Virus record (IMG/VR): IMGVR_UViG_3300006810_000242
Location: 1-30,319 of that record
Reading direction: 5' to 3' (one strand)
Origin: a virus
Taxonomy: Duplodnaviria; Caudoviricetes
Length of the DNA: 30,319 bases
The position numbers and the translations under genes were made by a program. The notes beneath the pieces were generated by a model, which saw only the letters and a list, made by a program, of their open reading frames with translations, searched no databases and was not told the DNA's origin. This document shows, in pieces, positions 18,829-26,122 of this stretch (within the stretch, counting starts at the first letter, position 1; the number at the start of each line of letters is the position of its first letter).

Positions 18829-19449
18829 TTATCCCTCTTTTGTTCCATCTATTGTAAATAAATATTGTAATACTGGAGATCGTGCCAAATCCGCTGGTGA
18901 TACTCTCTCGTCGGCTAAGTATGGTACAGGGTCCATAAATTCTTTTCTTAGCGCAACTGTTACGGCTGTACTGCAAACCTTTGCCTTAGCCACATCATCA
19001 TCATTAATGTTTTGTTGAAAAATTCTAGCAAATGGAATAAATCGTAAAAACATTTTAAATATATTAATCCAGCCATAAGGTTGGCCGGTCCACTTTATTA
19101 TATCCTCGGTCATGGCCGATGCTATATCTTTTGTATATTTTTTTTCAACTAGAGAGATATTTCCATTTTCATCCATTTTATCATAAGAAATTGTTTTAAC
19201 TGGTCTGAACACATCAATATTCTTTTTATTTTCTTCAACTTGTGATAAAAGAGAAACAGATCTACCGCCTTTAAATTCTCTAAATTCTACACACATCCAA
19301 GTATTATTATATTTACTAGCTAGTGCCACATGAGAATGCACTCCGCCGGTATATCTTTTTATTAAAAAACTGATCAAACCTTCCCCACGAAATAATAAAA
19401 TATCACCTTCCTGTAATATTTCTTTTGCTTGCTCATATTTGATCAGCAT
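18829..19449 (-). CDS. Permuted papain-like NlpC/P60 enzyme (YiiX/YaeF, peptidase C92-like)
   Basis: LQEGDILLF, SHVAL (His before Cys), GQPY, VCSTAV, VSPADL. Confidence 0.82.
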   Translation of the reverse strand: MLIKYEQAKEILQEGDILLFRGEGLISFLIKRYTGGVHSHVALASKYNNTWMCVEFREFKGGRSVSLLSQVEENKKNIDVFRPVKTISYDKMDENGNISLVEKKYTKDIASAMTEDIIKWTGQPYGWINIFKMFLRFIPFARIFQQNINDDDVAKAKVCSTAVTVALRKEFMDPVPYLADERVSPADLARSPVLQYLFTIDGTKEG

Positions 19450-19745
19450 TATTTCTCCAGTTTTTTCTCTATTCGTTCTAGTACATCTGCTATTCTTGTT
19501 TGATCGTTTACTATCCTTTGCATAACATCCTTCATGTCTTTTTGTGTCTCTGCCCAGCTTCTTGGAACATAAACTAATGGGACACCATCTTTATCTTTTT
19601 GTGCGTGTAATTCATGAAGATATGATAAATGATGCCTTTCGAGTTCAGTTAGGCATGATTTTTCTGGCATAAATTTAATTAGAAGAACTTCTATAATTTT
19701 TGCCAATGCTACTATAGTAAATATAAGAATTGCGTCAGTTTGCAT
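19449..19745 (-). CDS. Single-TM coiled-coil membrane protein (holin-like)
   Basis: N-terminal AILIFTIVALAKIIEVLLI plus C-terminal heptad-like helix; TAATG coupling to the next gene. Confidence 0.6.
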   Translation of the reverse strand: MQTDAILIFTIVALAKIIEVLLIKFMPEKSCLTELERHHLSYLHELHAQKDKDGVPLVYVPRSWAETQKDMKDVMQRIVNDQTRIADVLERIEKKLEK

Positions 19746-19756
19746 TGTAGACCCCT

Positions 19757-19788
19757 AAAATACCCCCACAGATCACTCCGTGGGGGTA
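19757..19788 (-). terminator. Rho-independent terminator
   Basis: mRNA UACCCCCACGGA-GUGA-UCUGUGGGGGUA-UUUU: 12-bp stem with one G-U pair, GNRA tetraloop and U tract, 16 nt after the 19805 stop. Confidence 0.85.
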
Positions 19789-19804
19789 AGTTTTAAGAAG
19801 TTAA

Positions 19805-20410
19805 TTAGGAGCCTGTGCGCTCTTTATAATCATCTTGTTTAGCATCTAGAGCACCATACATGTATGCCAATTCACCAGGAACAGCATATGTACCAACACC
19901 ATTATCAACTGTGGTTGGTGAGCCTGCACCATCATCGTAGTTGGTTCCTGTCATAGTGCCAGGAATACCAGATGCCCACGGATATCGTTGACCAGCAACG
20001 CCGAGTGCTTCGTAAGAACCACTTCTCCATGCTGTTGATGTTTTAGCACCAACTGGAGCAATCGCACTTCGTTCATTATCTCGTGATTCATCTGAACCAT
20101 TAATTGTTAGAGCAGTACTTGCACTACCATTAATAGTATTACTGGTTTGATTACCACGGAGTATGAAAGCAACCTGATCATAAGCAAAAGTGCCTGTAGC
20201 AGCTAGTGCTTCAACTGTAGCTGCGGTATCAATCGGCTTAGTGCGTCTTTCAACACCATCAATAGCATTATTTGAGACACCAAAAACTTCTGTAATTGGA
20301 CCATCTGTGGTATCTGTTGCACTTGTGATACCAACAATAACACCGCCAATTTTCTGTGCCGTAAAAGCACCACCAACGGTATTACGCTTGTAAGTTGAAG
20401 GAATTGTCAT
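19805..20410 (-). CDS. Probable virion structural protein (Gly/Ala/Thr-rich)
   Basis: 201 aa, Cys-free, G/A/T-rich beta-type composition, own leader and terminator; function is inference. Confidence 0.6.
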   Translation of the reverse strand: MTIPSTYKRNTVGGAFTAQKIGGVIVGITSATDTTDGPITEVFGVSNNAIDGVERRTKPIDTAATVEALAATGTFAYDQVAFILRGNQTSNTINGSASTALTINGSDESRDNERSAIAPVGAKTSTAWRSGSYEALGVAGQRYPWASGIPGTMTGTNYDDGAGSPTTVDNGVGTYAVPGELAYMYGALDAKQDDYKERTGS

Positions 20411-20418
20411 TTTTATTC

Positions 20419-20475
20419 TCCATGACTAGCCTTCCATTTCCTATTTATCCTGAAAAAATAAGATTCCATTTCCTA
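20419..20475 (-). repeat. Leader with 12-nt direct repeat (UAGGAAAUGGAA x2) and six GGA motifs
   Basis: ttccatttccta at 20432-20443 and 20464-20475; tcc (GGA on the mRNA) at 20419, 20433, 20439, 20448, 20465 and 20471. Confidence 0.75.
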
Positions 20476-20490
20476 CTTGATACTACACCC

Positions 20491-21108
20491 TTATTCCAAA
20501 TCTTCTGATGTTATTACCGTGTATTTTTTATCTTGCTTAAAATCCCTTAATTTTATGTCATATTCTTGATCTTCATCTTCATTTGTAGCAATATAGTCTA
20601 TAAAACCATCAGAAGAACAAAAAACAGCCCATCTTTTAAAGTCAGAGAGTTGAGATCTAAGAACTTCAACAACTTCAAAATCAGGCATTTTAGTTATTGA
20701 TGAAGATTCGCCACCAATAATATCTTGAATTTCCTGTCTTACTTCTCTGAAATTGAATAATTTTGCTATACCAATAAAAAATCTGTACCTTGACATAACT
20801 CTAAAAGATTCTATGCCGGGTACAGATTCTATCATATCTGCTATTTCATGTGTGATATCAAAATTTGTGTGCCCTATCCAACAATCAAACATATTTGAGG
20901 GAGCCATAGGATCATCTATATGAAAAAATCCTAATGGTGTTCTCACTTTAATGGGCATTGGTAAACCAAAACCTATTAATCCAAACCCTTCATCACCATC
21001 TAGTTCATCAACATCTGATGATCCAAATACTGGCTTATCTTCTTCTGGGATATCTTCTGGAATAAGCGCCGTTTCATCCCATTTTTCCCATGCTATTTTA
21101 TTAGTCAT
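20491..21108 (-). CDS. Hypothetical acidic protein
   Basis: 205-aa ORF, GAGG RBS; conserved-looking CWIGHTNFDIT and SRYRF blocks. Confidence 0.75.
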   Translation of the reverse strand: MTNKIAWEKWDETALIPEDIPEEDKPVFGSSDVDELDGDEGFGLIGFGLPMPIKVRTPLGFFHIDDPMAPSNMFDCWIGHTNFDITHEIADMIESVPGIESFRVMSRYRFFIGIAKLFNFREVRQEIQDIIGGESSSITKMPDFEVVEVLRSQLSDFKRWAVFCSSDGFIDYIATNEDEDQEYDIKLRDFKQDKKYTVITSEDLE

Positions 21109-21117
21109 TTGAGACCT

Positions 21118-21390
21118 CTATATTCTGAATTGTGAAGGTTTAATTACCACTTCTTCATTCTTGGCCTCCAGCTGATCATTACATGAGTTATATAAATTTC
21201 TTAAAAATTCATGTTTTAATTCTTCATCATCTATATCTGAAAAAATTTGCTCAATAATATCAAAAGCAATTTCACCCGACATAATCATAGTAAGCATTCT
21301 CAAAAATAAATCAACATCTTTTGCTTCATAATTACATTGTATTTCACCATTATCTAATAGTGAAAATTTAATATATATTTTATTGTTGAT
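21118..21390 (-). CDS. Hypothetical protein; start uncertain (possible non-canonical ATC at 21390, otherwise 21303/21297)
   Basis: The frame is open about 30 codons upstream of the tracked TTG (INNKIYIKFSLLDNGEIQCNYEAKDVDLF); GGAG lies 7 nt before the ATC. Confidence 0.55.
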   Translation of the reverse strand: MNNKIYIKFSLLDNGEIQCNYEAKDVDLFLRMLTMIMSGEIAFDIIEQIFSDIDDEELKHEFLRNLYNSCNDQLEAKNEEVVIKPSQFRI

Positions 21391-21823
21391 CTTCGGACTC
21401 CAATTCTTTTATTTTATCCATTAATATTCTGAATTTATAATCCTGATTTTCAACTTTTTCTTCTATATGTACAGTATCATCACTCATAGAATCTACTAGT
21501 GTACTACCACCAACACTACCACCCATTATTATAGCCAATATAGCAGCTAAACTTTTAGGATTTAGCATTTTTAGTATTTTTTTAGTACTTTCTACCTCAT
21601 CAACAAGATCTTCAACAGAAACAAGTCTTGCTTTTAATTCTGATGTTTTTGCTTTTAATTCATCTAATTCTAATCTTAATTTTGTGGATTCATCTTTGAG
21701 ATTTTCATTTTTCTCAATTCTGTCTTCAAGATTTCTGCAAAAAGTTTGTAATTTACCTATGTTGACAGCTAAGTTTACTGAATCGTTAGAATCACTAGAC
21801 CAGCCTAATGTTGAGCCGCTCAT
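21380..21823 (-). CDS. Coiled-coil + single-TM membrane protein
   Basis: Long heptad region, then SLAAILAIIMGGSVGG, then a second short coiled coil. Confidence 0.7.
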   Translation of the reverse strand: MSGSTLGWSSDSNDSVNLAVNIGKLQTFCRNLEDRIEKNENLKDESTKLRLELDELKAKTSELKARLVSVEDLVDEVESTKKILKMLNPKSLAAILAIIMGGSVGGSTLVDSMSDDTVHIEEKVENQDYKFRILMDKIKELESEDQQ

Positions 21824-21865
21824 ATGACATGTCTCCGGTTAAAAGGGTATAGACACGTCCTATAT
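21821..21865 (-). promoter_or_regulatory. Hairpin overlapping the RBS/start region of the 147-aa membrane gene
   Basis: mRNA GACGUGUCU (21859-21851) pairs with AGACAUGUC (21834-21826), 9 bp including one G-U; extendable with AUAU/AUAU into the AUG. Confidence 0.5.
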
Positions 21866-21871
21866 TTTCCA

Positions 21872-22279
21872 CTAGTCTTCTAGTGGGCCTCCTAAAATCC
21901 ACGCATCACATGTTCTAGATCCTGCACACTTAAAATCATATAATTCACAATATCCTAAATCAGCAAGATTTATAATATCTTTTGCATCTTCCATTTCTGA
22001 TGCTAAGCCTAATTGTATACAGTTAAGCATTTCTTCTTTTTTTATAAATGCTGAACAATTTGAACATCTCATTGTTTTTGCTATATCAACAGATGTTTTA
22101 AATTGATTTGCTTTTTTCTGCCAATATGTTTCATCTTCAATATCTGGATTTGCGGGTCCATAATTTGCCGTATCAATACATTTTTGTCTATTTTCTAAAT
22201 TTAATTTCACATTTTGTGTTGGTTCTGGACAACCTAAAAAAGCAGCATTTGCTTTTATCAGTAATTTATGATTTTTCAT
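21872..22279 (-). CDS. Cys-rich protein with HiPIP-like motif
   Basis: RCSNCSAF...GYCELYDFKCAGSRTCDAW resembles the CxxC...GxC...CxxW pattern of high-potential iron-sulfur proteins. Confidence 0.55.
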   Translation of the reverse strand: MKNHKLLIKANAAFLGCPEPTQNVKLNLENRQKCIDTANYGPANPDIEDETYWQKKANQFKTSVDIAKTMRCSNCSAFIKKEEMLNCIQLGLASEMEDAKDIINLADLGYCELYDFKCAGSRTCDAWILGGPLED

Positions 22280-22282
22280 TAT

Positions 22283-23470
22283 TTATCCCGTATAATCTGT
22301 TACTGATTTTTTAGATTCCCACATTTTACAAGACCAATATCTTGCTTTATATTTTGGTCCGGGATTATCACAATTGTGTCGTGCCCTGAAATTTCTTCTG
22401 CGATCCGGGTCATCACGTTTAATTTCCATATTTGGATCACCAAATCGTACAATCACAACATTACCACTTTCATTTCTGGTATATACTGCGAATTTTTTTG
22501 GTCCTTTTGGTGTACGAAATGGTTTATTTAGAGTTACTTTTTTACCTTGATATTCCGCAGATTTACTTTTATCAGAATACATCATATAATCAAATGCTGA
22601 TTGTAAATGCGCATCAGCTTTTGAGAGACTATCTTGGACCCATGCTGGAACTTCATCACTATCTTTAATCATGTTATAAAGCTGATATGATTGATTCATC
22701 ATCTTCTTTAATTGAGATTTTACCATACCACCTTCTTCACCGGAATCATCCGGCTCCATTTCCATTTCAAGATCTACTTCTTCTTCATCTTCATCATAGT
22801 TATAGTCTTCACGGAGAAGATAATCTGAATCATTTGGTATGATCATATTATTTCTAGTGACTTTTTCTGCTTCCCACTCTGACTCAGCCTGGTCACATTC
22901 GTCACATAGTTCTGCTTCAGAGGCCGCACCCATACAAATTGCTATTCTTTGTTTATACTCATATTCGCCCATTTTTGGATCTGACATGCATCTTGACATA
23001 AAGTCAGATTTTTGTTCGTCTTTTTTGCGCTTTGGAATTGGCATTTCTATAGCCTTTGATGATCTTGGATGAGTTTTTGGTAATAAATCGTTGTCTTGTT
23101 TATAATTAGGATTTGAAGGTCTTCCATTCCTCATAAGATAGAGAAATGCATTTACTCTTGCAATAGCCCAACCGTGTCTACTCATTTTTGGATGATGGCT
23201 GGTTGAGAATGCGCCAGCACCTCTACGATATACGGCTTTTAGCATACCGAGAGTTACTTTAGATCCTTTGTCTTTTCCATTATGTTTACTAACTAGTTTT
23301 TTTAACTGATCAGTAACTTCTTTACTGAAAGTAATTTTGTTACTTGGATTTTCTGCGCTTTTCTTTGGATTCTTTTTAGACCCTTTTTTCTGATCCTTTT
23401 TTGGTGCTGGTGTTTTTCTAGGATCATTCTTTTTTGGTTTGCCGTATTGTAAGCCTTCTGAATCTAACAT
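22283..23470 (-). CDS. Modular basic/acidic protein built from several short phage domains (probable internal virion protein)
   Basis: Modules: K-rich N-terminus; LKAVYRRGAGAF...WAIARVNAFL; MPIP...FMSRCM; acidic tract; MVKSQL...PAWVQD; YQGKKVTLNKP...RFGDP...RRNFRARHNC...RYWSC. Confidence 0.7.
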   Translation of the reverse strand: MLDSEGLQYGKPKKNDPRKTPAPKKDQKKGSKKNPKKSAENPSNKITFSKEVTDQLKKLVSKHNGKDKGSKVTLGMLKAVYRRGAGAFSTSHHPKMSRHGWAIARVNAFLYLMRNGRPSNPNYKQDNDLLPKTHPRSSKAIEMPIPKRKKDEQKSDFMSRCMSDPKMGEYEYKQRIAICMGAASEAELCDECDQAESEWEAEKVTRNNMIIPNDSDYLLREDYNYDEDEEEVDLEMEMEPDDSGEEGGMVKSQLKKMMNQSYQLYNMIKDSDEVPAWVQDSLSKADAHLQSAFDYMMYSDKSKSAEYQGKKVTLNKPFRTPKGPKKFAVYTRNESGNVVIVRFGDPNMEIKRDDPDRRRNFRARHNCDNPGPKYKARYWSCKMWESKKSVTDYTG

Positions 23471-23472
23471 AA

Positions 23473-23562
23473 TTAATCCATTGAAAACATGTTGCCATTA
23501 TCTTGAAAATATGAGAATGATTCATCCCAGAATGAAAAACTTGGCGCATTATTATAGAACAT
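23473..23562 (-). CDS. 29-aa aromatic-rich micropeptide
   Basis: MFYNNAPSFSFWDESFSYFQDNGNMFSMD; AGGTG RBS-like sequence upstream; fills the intergenic gap and stops 2 nt before the next ATG. Confidence 0.5.
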   Translation of the reverse strand: MFYNNAPSFSFWDESFSYFQDNGNMFSMD

Positions 23563-23569
23563 ATCGCAC

Positions 23570-23848
23570 CTATATAATTACAAATGATGCTGATTGACTA
23601 CCAGATGCTGCTACACCATATACTTCTGACGGTGTTAAAACAGGTAGAACAACCTGTTCACCAGCAGCTAGTTCAAAACCAGTAGAAGAAGTAACCCCAG
23701 ACTCACCAACATAAATTTTTGCAGTATTTGCACCAGCGGCTTTTACTAAAATACCTCTACGGCAATCTACCGTAGATGATGTTAGTTGTACAGCAGTACC
23801 ACCAATTGAACTTTTACCACCAGTTTCCCATGTTTTAGGTGTAGCCAT
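23570..23848 (-). CDS. Small beta-rich probable virion (decoration/fibre-type) protein
   Basis: TAVQL...GILVKA...NTAKIYVG..GVT..TGFELAAGE pattern typical of small phage structural domains; GGAG RBS. Confidence 0.6.
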   Translation of the reverse strand: MATPKTWETGGKSSIGGTAVQLTSSTVDCRRGILVKAAGANTAKIYVGESGVTSSTGFELAAGEQVVLPVLTPSEVYGVAASGSQSASFVII

Positions 23849-23851
23849 GTT

Positions 23852-24931
23852 TTACTCCGTGATTTCTTTTAATAGTTGAACTATAGTTTGTGCTGAATTA
23901 GACCAAGTAAACTTTTTAGCAGTTTCTATTCCAGCAGTATTTTGTTGTAAGTTGTTTTCTTGTTTAAGTTTATGAATAGTTTTCATATATTCTGCAATTT
24001 GATCAATATGTGCATCATCAATACAATTCCAATCACCCTGTCCATTAAAAAATTGTCCATCAAATGCTAACTCCATGTCTTCTAGTTCTATCAACATGGA
24101 GTTTTCTGTTGTGCAAAATTCTGTGTGTGCTGTAACATTTGTCGTAATAACAGGTTTTCCACAAGACATCATTTCCAAAAGTTCGAGATTCCATCCCTCA
24201 GCCCTTGCTGGAAACACACCGCAATCCATATCCTTCATTACATTATACACCTGTTCTTGATTTTCTAACCGCTTTCCTATCTTTATTTTAGAACCAAGTT
24301 CGGAGTTGATATAAAAATCGCACCATTCTTTATGTTGGTGTGGTTTTATGAAGAAATTTGTTGTAAATAGCACCAGTTCAACATCATCATCTATAGTAAA
24401 AGCGCGATTAAATGCCTCGCCAATAATATCATGTCCTTTACGAACCTCCCATTTTCCAAAATTTACAAATCTAGTTTTACCATCATTTAGAAAATTTGAC
24501 CCTTTAAATATACCCCTATCAACACCTAGTGGCACAACATGAACACTTTCCTCTTTTCTGTCCACATTTTCTAAAATAATATTTTTTGCCCATTTTGATG
24601 TGACAAATAAATGGTCTGGGTATTCTAGATTATGTTTTTCTAAATCATTAAATTTGTTCAATTCAAATATTGGAAAACCAATACTTGGACCTTTACCAGT
24701 AAAACCTGCCATATCAAACTGATGCCAAATTTTCAGGCAAGGCGCATTGTGATGGAATGTTAAACCAAATTGTCTAGAATCACCATTGATATATTCAAAT
24801 CTTTCTTCTGCACTAAAGTCTCTAATGCACTGCGCTTTGACATCTATTAGCTTGTTTAATTCCTCATAAAGGAAACAACCAACATATCCGTAGGACATTT
24901 TATTAAATGGGGCGATTAGATTTAATTGCAT
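23852..24931 (-). CDS. Glycosyltransferase, GT-B fold (GT4-like)
   Basis: VVPLGVD, GKWEVRKG, FPARAEGWNLELLEMMSCGKPVI (ExxxxxxxE motif), FTW. Confidence 0.9.
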   Translation of the reverse strand: MQLNLIAPFNKMSYGYVGCFLYEELNKLIDVKAQCIRDFSAEERFEYINGDSRQFGLTFHHNAPCLKIWHQFDMAGFTGKGPSIGFPIFELNKFNDLEKHNLEYPDHLFVTSKWAKNIILENVDRKEESVHVVPLGVDRGIFKGSNFLNDGKTRFVNFGKWEVRKGHDIIGEAFNRAFTIDDDVELVLFTTNFFIKPHQHKEWCDFYINSELGSKIKIGKRLENQEQVYNVMKDMDCGVFPARAEGWNLELLEMMSCGKPVITTNVTAHTEFCTTENSMLIELEDMELAFDGQFFNGQGDWNCIDDAHIDQIAEYMKTIHKLKQENNLQQNTAGIETAKKFTWSNSAQTIVQLLKEITE

Positions 24932-25467
24932 TTTTTTATTACCGCTTGATATCCTAAATGAAGAACTTCACAATCCATAATTGAAATAAAATACTCTATT
25001 GGTTCTTTCGGAAGTATACCCTTGAATGTTTTATTACCAAATCTATCTTCGCCGTCCCAATTATAATCATCGAAAACAATAACCCCTTCTTTCTTTAAGA
25101 GCAAAAAAGAATATAGCCCATCTAATAATACATTGGGAGCGTGATGATTCCCGTCAATATATATGAAATCAAAAGAGTTTTTTTGTAGACTTGGGAGTGC
25201 ATCTTCTGATTTTTCAAAAATCAACTTAATACGACTTACATTAGGGCTTTTAGATATATTACCAAGTAAAGTATGTCTAGCACTCCATTGTGATGGGTCT
25301 ATTGAAGTAATTTGTGCTTGATCAAAATAATCAGCAAACCATATTGTTGATCTACCTTCCCAATTACCAATTTCTAATATATTAGAAATATCTTTTGGTA
25401 TAAAGTGTTTCCAGAGATCAATGTGTGAATCGGTCCAGTTAGTTGAAAACGAATAATTCTCGGTCAT
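24922..25467 (-). CDS. Class I SAM-dependent methyltransferase (Methyltransf_24-like)
   Basis: LEIGNWEGRST, SIDP, FDFIYIDGNH, LKKEGVIVFDDY; GAGG RBS before ATG 25467. Confidence 0.88.
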   Translation of the reverse strand: MTENYSFSTNWTDSHIDLWKHFIPKDISNILEIGNWEGRSTIWFADYFDQAQITSIDPSQWSARHTLLGNISKSPNVSRIKLIFEKSEDALPSLQKNSFDFIYIDGNHHAPNVLLDGLYSFLLLKKEGVIVFDDYNWDGEDRFGNKTFKGILPKEPIEYFISIMDCEVLHLGYQAVIKKCN

Positions 25468-26122
25468 ATTGAGATACCTCGTCATAATTAATTATTAAAT
25501 CTCTCATATTTTTCCTTATTCGTTTTTCTATATTGTATTTTATTTTATATTTTGGTATACTTAAAAAGTCACAGATTTTATCTATATTCCCCTGCATACT
25601 ATCTTCATAATAAACAATACAAGGATTATATCTTAATAGATTTTTTTCTGCTTTTATTATTGTGTCTATTTCCAACTTTGTAGTTTCTGGATTAAGATAT
25701 ATTGTTCCATCAAATTTATCTGTGCTCACCCACTTGTCAGTTATATCCGCAACCGTATGGGATGCAACTACCTGGAGTTTATTTTTTCTTGATATTAAAA
25801 TAATTTTACATTTATTTAAATATTCTTCTACATCATTTTTAAGGTGCCAGGTCAATAATTTAAACCCATCATAATACTCATGAGCTTTTTGGCAATATTT
25901 TTTTTGGCAAATTTTATTATGTTGTTCATCTGATATAAATCTATCAGTTTTAAATTCTGAAATATCAAAATCAAATATTTTTTGATCTAAAGATGGGTAG
26001 TGTCTACTGAATATTTCATAATCTTTATACATATTTAAATCTGGACTCTGCATCAATACTTTGTTTAGTATTGTTGTGCCAGATCTAGCCGCACCTATAA
26101 CGACAAATTTTGGAGCGCTCAT
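25439..26122 (-). CDS. PAPS-dependent sulfotransferase (Stf0-like)
   Basis: 5'-PSB loop FVVIGAARSGTT, GFKL, 3'-PB ILISRKNKLQVVAS, VYYED, ICDFL, INYDEV. Confidence 0.8.
   Translation of the reverse strand: MSAPKFVVIGAARSGTTILNKVLMQSPDLNMYKDYEIFSRHYPSLDQKIFDFDISEFKTDRFISDEQHNKICQKKYCQKAHEYYDGFKLLTWHLKNDVEEYLNKCKIILISRKNKLQVVASHTVADITDKWVSTDKFDGTIYLNPETTKLEIDTIIKAEKNLLRYNPCIVYYEDSMQGNIDKICDFLSIPKYKIKYNIEKRIRKNMRDLIINYDEVSQYDRELFVFN

Noticed and set aside
20432-20475. 12-nt direct repeat with 20-nt spacer as a mini-CRISPR
   Set aside because: Only two short copies with no palindrome and no cas operon; better explained as a regulatory leader.
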